From IMG/VR virus record IMGVR_UViG_3300037502_003770, positions 248,001 through 312,000 of that record: a stretch of 64,000 bases of DNA. One strand, written 5' to 3'. The notes under the pieces were generated by a model, which searched no databases, had not been told where the DNA came from, and saw only the letters and a list, made by a program, of their open reading frames with translations. Positions 59,156 through 64,000 of the stretch are shown one piece after another. The translations under genes and the position numbers were made by a program. Each line of letters begins with the position of its first letter. Position 1 is the stretch's first letter.

Positions 59156-59760
59156 TAGACTTAACTACATTAGTACAAAAATATAATTTAAAAATTAAAG
59201 GAATAATACATGTAGGTTCACATGAATTAGAAGAATTACCTAAATATAAAGAAAATAATGTTGATAATATTATTTGGATAGATGGTAATCCTGACTTAGT
59301 TAATAACGCTAGAAATAATTTTCCTGATGAAAAAATATTTCATTATCTAATATCTGATTCAGATGATAAAGAAGTTACATTTAATATCTCTAATAATGGA
59401 CAATCAAGCTCTATATTAGAGATGGGAACTCATAAGAATTATTATCCTTCAATTCATTACATAGATACAAAAGTATTAAAAACTAATAAATTATCAAGTA
59501 TAATTATTAATGAAAATATAGATATTAATTCATTTAATTTTTTAAACCTTGATATACAAGGGGTTGAATACGAAGCTTTAGTTGGTTTAGAGAAGTATAT
59601 AGATAATATAGATTATATTTATACTGAAGTTAACTTTCAGGAAGTATATATCAATTGTAAAAAAGTTGAAGAAATAGATAATCTACTTAATAATTTTACA
59701 AGAGTCGAAACAGCTGATAGTGGAGCTGGCTGGGGAGATTCTTTCTATATTAGGAAATAA
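59149..59760 (+). CDS. FkbM-family methyltransferase
   Basis: IIHVGSH, QSSSIL, LNLDIQGVEYEAL, YTEV, WGDSFY. Confidence 0.85.
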   Translation: MLIDLTTLVQKYNLKIKGIIHVGSHELEELPKYKENNVDNIIWIDGNPDLVNNARNNFPDEKIFHYLISDSDDKEVTFNISNNGQSSSILEMGTHKNYYPSIHYIDTKVLKTNKLSSIIINENIDINSFNFLNLDIQGVEYEALVGLEKYIDNIDYIYTEVNFQEVYINCKKVEEIDNLLNNFTRVETADSGAGWGDSFYIRK

Positions 59761-59766
59761 AATTTT

Positions 59767-60387
59767 ATGAAAAAAAGAGTTTGTGTTGCCCATTATAATG
59801 AAGACTTAGATTGGTTAAAAAAGATTAATAATGATATAGATATTTTTGTATATCATAAAAAGGATAATAATCTTGATTATAATCAAAAAGTAATTTTAGA
59901 TAAAAATAATTTTGAATTAAGAAATGTTGGTCGAGAATCACATACTTATTTAAAACATATTATTGATAATTATGATAATTTATGCAATATTGAATATTTT
60001 TCACAAGGCTATCCATATGAGTATGATTTTGTAAATATTATCAATAATGATAATGTATCAGAATATAAACAATATAGTAATTATCATTGTACTTTTTTTT
60101 CTAAAAACGGTTATATAACCGAACATATGAAAAACGAGAATTATCCTGATACAATTGATATATGGAATAATTTATTTAATTATCCACCACCAGAATTAAC
60201 AACAATCATACCACATGCTTTTATTAAACTTAATAAAGAAACAATATTAATACATGATAAAAGTGTTTATATTAAATGTTTAGAATATTTTAAAGATAAT
60301 GAAAAAAATAATTTATATGGATGGTCTTTTGAATATTTTTGGGCTTTACTTTTTAATGAACATCATATAATAAAACAAGATGTATAA
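59767..60387 (+). CDS. DUF3431-like protein
   Basis: AHYNEDLDW, NVGRESHTYLKHIIDNYDNL, FSQG.P, FEYFW. Confidence 0.75.
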   Translation: MKKRVCVAHYNEDLDWLKKINNDIDIFVYHKKDNNLDYNQKVILDKNNFELRNVGRESHTYLKHIIDNYDNLCNIEYFSQGYPYEYDFVNIINNDNVSEYKQYSNYHCTFFSKNGYITEHMKNENYPDTIDIWNNLFNYPPPELTTIIPHAFIKLNKETILIHDKSVYIKCLEYFKDNEKNNLYGWSFEYFWALLFNEHHIIKQDV

Positions 60388-61468
60388 CTATATTATAGTA
60401 GGTTCAGGTTTTTTTGGTTCTATTTGTGCTAGAGAATTAACAGACAAAGGTTATAAATGTCTAGTTTTAGAAAAAAGAAATCATATTGGTGGAAATTGTT
60501 TTACTGAAAAAAAAGATAATATTCATATACATACTTACGGTCCACATATTTTTCATACATCTAATGAAAATGTATGGTCTTGGATAAATAAGTATGTTTC
60601 TTTTAACAATTTTACTTTAAGACCAGTTGCTAATTATAAAGGTGAAATATATTCTTTACCTTTTAATATGTTTACATTTTCAAAATTATGGAATATAACT
60701 AAACCCGAAGAAGCATTTGAAATAATTAAAAAACAAAGCCAATATATCGGTGAACCAACTAATTTAGAAGAACAAGCTATTAAATTAGTTGGTTCAGATG
60801 TTTATGAAAAACTAATAAAAGGTTATACAACTAAACAATGGAAAAAAGAACCTAAATACTTACCTAAAGAAATTATTAAAAGATTACCAGTAAGATTTAC
60901 TTATGATAATAATTATTTTAATGATAAATATCAGGGTATTCCTATTGGTGGTTATACACAAATATTTGAAAAACTTTTAGAAGGAATTGAAGTTAGATTA
61001 AATATTGATTTTTTTGAAGATAAACAATATTGGTTAGAAAATACTGAAAAAATCATATATACTGGTCCAATTGATAAATTTTATAATTATAAATTTGGTT
61101 ATTTAGAATATAAAACAACCAGATTTGAAACTTATAGAAAAGAAATTGATAATTATCAAGGTACTGCAATGATGAATTTTACTGATATTGAAACTAATTA
61201 TACTAGAATAATAGAACATAAACATTTTGATTATATCAACAATGATATTACTTGGATAAGCTACGAATACCCTAATGAATATATTCCCAATAAAACTGAA
61301 CCCTATTATCCTGTTAATGATTTAAATAATAATAGTTTATATAATAAATATTTTGAATTAAGTAAAAATGAAAAAAATATTTATTTTGGTGGAAGATTAG
61401 CTGAATATAAATACTATGACATGCACCAAGTTATAGAATCAGCTTTAAACTTTGTTACTAATTTATAA
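60380..61468 (+). CDS. glf: UDP-galactopyranose mutase
   Basis: IVGSGFFG FAD motif, HIGGNC, YGPHIFHT, YQGIP..GYT, TRIIEHKHF, GRLAEYKYYDMH. Confidence 0.95.
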   Translation: MYNYIIVGSGFFGSICARELTDKGYKCLVLEKRNHIGGNCFTEKKDNIHIHTYGPHIFHTSNENVWSWINKYVSFNNFTLRPVANYKGEIYSLPFNMFTFSKLWNITKPEEAFEIIKKQSQYIGEPTNLEEQAIKLVGSDVYEKLIKGYTTKQWKKEPKYLPKEIIKRLPVRFTYDNNYFNDKYQGIPIGGYTQIFEKLLEGIEVRLNIDFFEDKQYWLENTEKIIYTGPIDKFYNYKFGYLEYKTTRFETYRKEIDNYQGTAMMNFTDIETNYTRIIEHKHFDYINNDITWISYEYPNEYIPNKTEPYYPVNDLNNNSLYNKYFELSKNEKNIYFGGRLAEYKYYDMHQVIESALNFVTNL

Positions 61469-61513
61469 GAAAACTCAAATAAAAATACTATTTAATCATA
61501 AAGATTTTCCTTT

Positions 61514-61816
61514 ATGATTTTTTTATATCTAATTAAAAATATTGATAATAGTACATACAAAATAGGTGTTTCTAAAAACCCTTCTCTTAGAATAAAGCAA
61601 CTTCAAACAGGTAACGCTTCTAAATTAGAATTAATTCATAGTTTTAAAACTACTTTTCCTTATAAAATAGAATCTTCTTTACATAGGAAATATTCTTTAC
61701 AAAATATTCATAATGAATGGTTTCAGATGTCTTCAATTGATATAGAAGATTTCTTAAATGAATGTAAAAGATTAGACAAAGTTTTTCATGTCTTAAATGA
61801 AAAAATTACTATTTAA
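61514..61816 (+). CDS. GIY-YIG superfamily nuclease (T5orf172/MUG113-like)
   Basis: LYLI, YKIGVS..P..RIKQLQTGN, IESSLH, EWF. Confidence 0.8.
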   Translation: MIFLYLIKNIDNSTYKIGVSKNPSLRIKQLQTGNASKLELIHSFKTTFPYKIESSLHRKYSLQNIHNEWFQMSSIDIEDFLNECKRLDKVFHVLNEKITI

Positions 61817-61831
61817 TTAAAAATATTTAAA

Positions 61832-63355
61832 GTGGATAGTAATACTAAAGATTTTTTAAAACAACTTAATGAAACAAAATCTTTTAAAAAGAAAATAGAT
61901 TTATGTAATCAAAATTTACAAAAGTTAGGTGTAGGTTCTTCAAGAATTGTGTACGATTTAGGTGATAATAAGGTTTTAAAATTAGCAAAAAATGCTAAAG
62001 GTCTTGCTCAAAATTCAGTAGAATGGGATATGTATAAATATAGTGGTGAGATTGAATTATTAAATATTACATATGAATGTGCTGATGATGATAGTTACGT
62101 TATAGCTGAAAAGGCTAATAAAATTACTAAAAATAAATTTGTACAATTAACACATATTCCTAATATAAAAGATATATATGAATTAAGAGATGTACTAAAT
62201 AATTGTCTTAGAGTATATTTTTATCCAAGAAATTCATATCCTAATTTAACAGATGAACAAGTTGCTTATTACAATGATTTATTAGAAAATAACGATTTTA
62301 TTTCTTCTTTAGTTACTTTAATTAATGATTTTAGAATACAACTTAATGATTTATTAAGACCAGCTAATTTAGGTATAATAAATGAAAATGGAAAAGAAAA
62401 ACTTGTAATAATAGATTATGGTTTTAATGATGATGTGGCTAGGAATAGTTATGGTTATAAAAACGTTGGTATGTATGAAAATTTAAATGAATCAAATATT
62501 GTCTCTGAGGTTTCTCTTTCTTTAATAAATGAAATTCCTAAAGGAAATACATTTCATGATAAATATACTCCTTCTTATTATAATGAATTAAAAAAAGATA
62601 TACAAGCTAATGGAATTAAAGAACCGATTACATTAAAATATTATTATGAAACTAATACTTTAGAATTAGGTGAAGGTCATCATAGACTACAAATAGCAAA
62701 TGAACTTAATTTAAAAACAATACCTGTTCAAATAAAAGTTATATATAAAGGAAAAATAAATACAACTTCTTTAAAATCTTTTGATAAAAATAAAATTTTT
62801 CAAGCACCAATAAAATTAGATATTGAAAAGTATGAGAAAAGAAATTATTTTCCAACATATATAAATCCCTCAGAAATAGGGTTAATACAAAATTTAAACG
62901 AAAATAAATATATGAATACAAATAAACAAAAACTAAGTCAACTGATAGAATCAGTTGTAAAAGAAGAACTAAAAAAAGTTCTTAAAGAACAGCAAGAAGA
63001 ACAATTATCTTCTCAATTAGAAGATGATTTTCTTTCTTTAATAAGTAATTTAAATGAAGAATATGAATCTGAACTTGATTATAAAGATATTGCAGAAGAT
63101 ATTAAAATTATAAAAGAACCTAAACAAATTCTAAATTTTATATCAAAACATATCAAAGGTTCTTATAATTTAATTAAATCTTATATGTCAAAAGGAATGT
63201 CAGTTGCTTTAATTGCAAGTATTTTAGGTGGAACAATTCAATCATGCGCTGTTTCAGGTGGTTGCAAACAAAGAGGAAGTTTTTCTAATTTTCAAAAATC
63301 AAAACCAGGAAAAAAGATGTCTAATAAAAGACATACTAGACCTCAAGGTTGGTAA
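61832..63355 (+). CDS. Protein-kinase-like plus ParB/Srx-like plus C-terminal membrane-helix fusion
   Basis: LGVGSSRIVY..VLKLA..E, DLLRPANLG, IIDYG; then DIQANGIKEPI..GEGHHRL; then VALIASILGGTI and a basic tail. Late motif at 61808-61816. Confidence 0.75.
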   Translation: MDSNTKDFLKQLNETKSFKKKIDLCNQNLQKLGVGSSRIVYDLGDNKVLKLAKNAKGLAQNSVEWDMYKYSGEIELLNITYECADDDSYVIAEKANKITKNKFVQLTHIPNIKDIYELRDVLNNCLRVYFYPRNSYPNLTDEQVAYYNDLLENNDFISSLVTLINDFRIQLNDLLRPANLGIINENGKEKLVIIDYGFNDDVARNSYGYKNVGMYENLNESNIVSEVSLSLINEIPKGNTFHDKYTPSYYNELKKDIQANGIKEPITLKYYYETNTLELGEGHHRLQIANELNLKTIPVQIKVIYKGKINTTSLKSFDKNKIFQAPIKLDIEKYEKRNYFPTYINPSEIGLIQNLNENKYMNTNKQKLSQLIESVVKEELKKVLKEQQEEQLSSQLEDDFLSLISNLNEEYESELDYKDIAEDIKIIKEPKQILNFISKHIKGSYNLIKSYMSKGMSVALIASILGGTIQSCAVSGGCKQRGSFSNFQKSKPGKKMSNKRHTRPQGW

Positions 63356-63418
63356 TTTATTAACAAATTTATTAAAAAATTATAATATAGCTTCTAATAA
63401 ACAGAAGCTATATTTTTT

Positions 63419-63973
63419 ATGAATGAACAAAACGAATCAAACAAACTAAACGAAGAATTTGTAACCATACCAAAATCTTTAGAATTAAAATTTCCATCAG
63501 CTTTACATACTGTTGATATGACATTAATTTATAATCATTTTAATTGGAAAAAATTTAAGTTTGAAACTTATTTTCTTTTATGTAAAAAACATTCTGAATT
63601 AGATAAACCTTATTGGAGGTTTTCAGGTGGTTTTTATGATGTATATAAAGATAAAACTTTAGAAGAAACCGTTATAAGAGAATTTAAAGAAGAAACAGGT
63701 ATTGATATTTCAGGTTGTGAAATTGAATATATTTCTTCTCACTTAATAGATGATGAAAGATATAAAAAATCTCAACATAAAATTGTAACCAGTTTTTATG
63801 GAATTGAATTATATGATAGAGAAATCTTTAATAAAGATTTAACTTTACAAGGTTTCGATGATGTTGCTTTAGTAAAATGGTTTGACTTAAATTCACCAGA
63901 TATTGAAGAAATAATAAATCCAATACATTTAGATTTGTTTAATGATTTAAAAAGTATTTACGCAAGAAGATAA
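63419..63973 (+). CDS. Nudix hydrolase
   Basis: Nudix box GGFYDVYKDKTLEETVIREFKEETG; DD..VKW. Confidence 0.88.
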   Translation: MNEQNESNKLNEEFVTIPKSLELKFPSALHTVDMTLIYNHFNWKKFKFETYFLLCKKHSELDKPYWRFSGGFYDVYKDKTLEETVIREFKEETGIDISGCEIEYISSHLIDDERYKKSQHKIVTSFYGIELYDREIFNKDLTLQGFDDVALVKWFDLNSPDIEEIINPIHLDLFNDLKSIYARR

Positions 63974-64000
63974 TGAATAACGCACAATATAATAACCCAG

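Noticed and set aside
61514-61816. GIY-YIG gene as a mobile homing endonuclease
   Set aside because: Only 100 aa, with no DNA-binding extension, not inside an intron, and preceded by the normal late motif.
14277-62921. Antisense ORFs in the track (14277, 14743, 16055, 21225, 34694, 34929, 38364, 39054, 47387, 51477, 52109, 53633, 56831, 62739) and the nested ORF at 63228
   Set aside because: They lie within or opposite well-supported genes and show no motifs; most likely shadow ORFs.
63973-64000. ORF starting MNNAQYNNP after the Nudix gene as an NAD-salvage gene
   Set aside because: Only nine codons are visible, so it cannot be assigned.

Overview
A 64-kb stretch of a very AT-rich large (jumbo-type) myovirus genome that uses the standard genetic code. 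The host is probably Bacteroidota: starts lack Shine-Dalgarno sequences, there is a DUF4494-like gene, and one signal peptide is followed by Gln. In order, the window holds virion genes (gp13/gp14-like neck, baseplate and tail proteins with OmpA-like and lytic-transglycosylase domains), a replication/recombination block (SSB, RecA/UvsX, 5'-3' exonuclease, DnaB-like helicase), nucleotide metabolism genes (GMPR/IMPDH, HD nucleotidase, dNMP kinase, ThyX, NrdAB, thioredoxin), three DNA methyltransferases, a tRNA cluster with a solo TnpB embedded in it, a glycosylation cluster, and a kinase-ParB fusion. The most striking unexplained element is a 6-kb co-oriented array (6118-12081) of 20 small genes, 60-96 aa each. 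They share an N-terminal M-x-I-x-I-x3-N-x2-Y-x-E motif and often a C-terminal YY, have hypervariable middles, and are interleaved with an ATP-grasp ligase and a methyltransferase behind an SNF2 ATPase. Other notable items: a promoter-equipped TnpB whose putative omega-RNA abuts a tRNA, sister tRNA-Glu/Asp genes with U37, a clamped pseudo-tRNA-Phe, two promoter classes, strong GATC avoidance, a putative Rep/origin, and an uncalled metallothionein-like microprotein. All family calls come from motif recognition by eye; no database searches were run.
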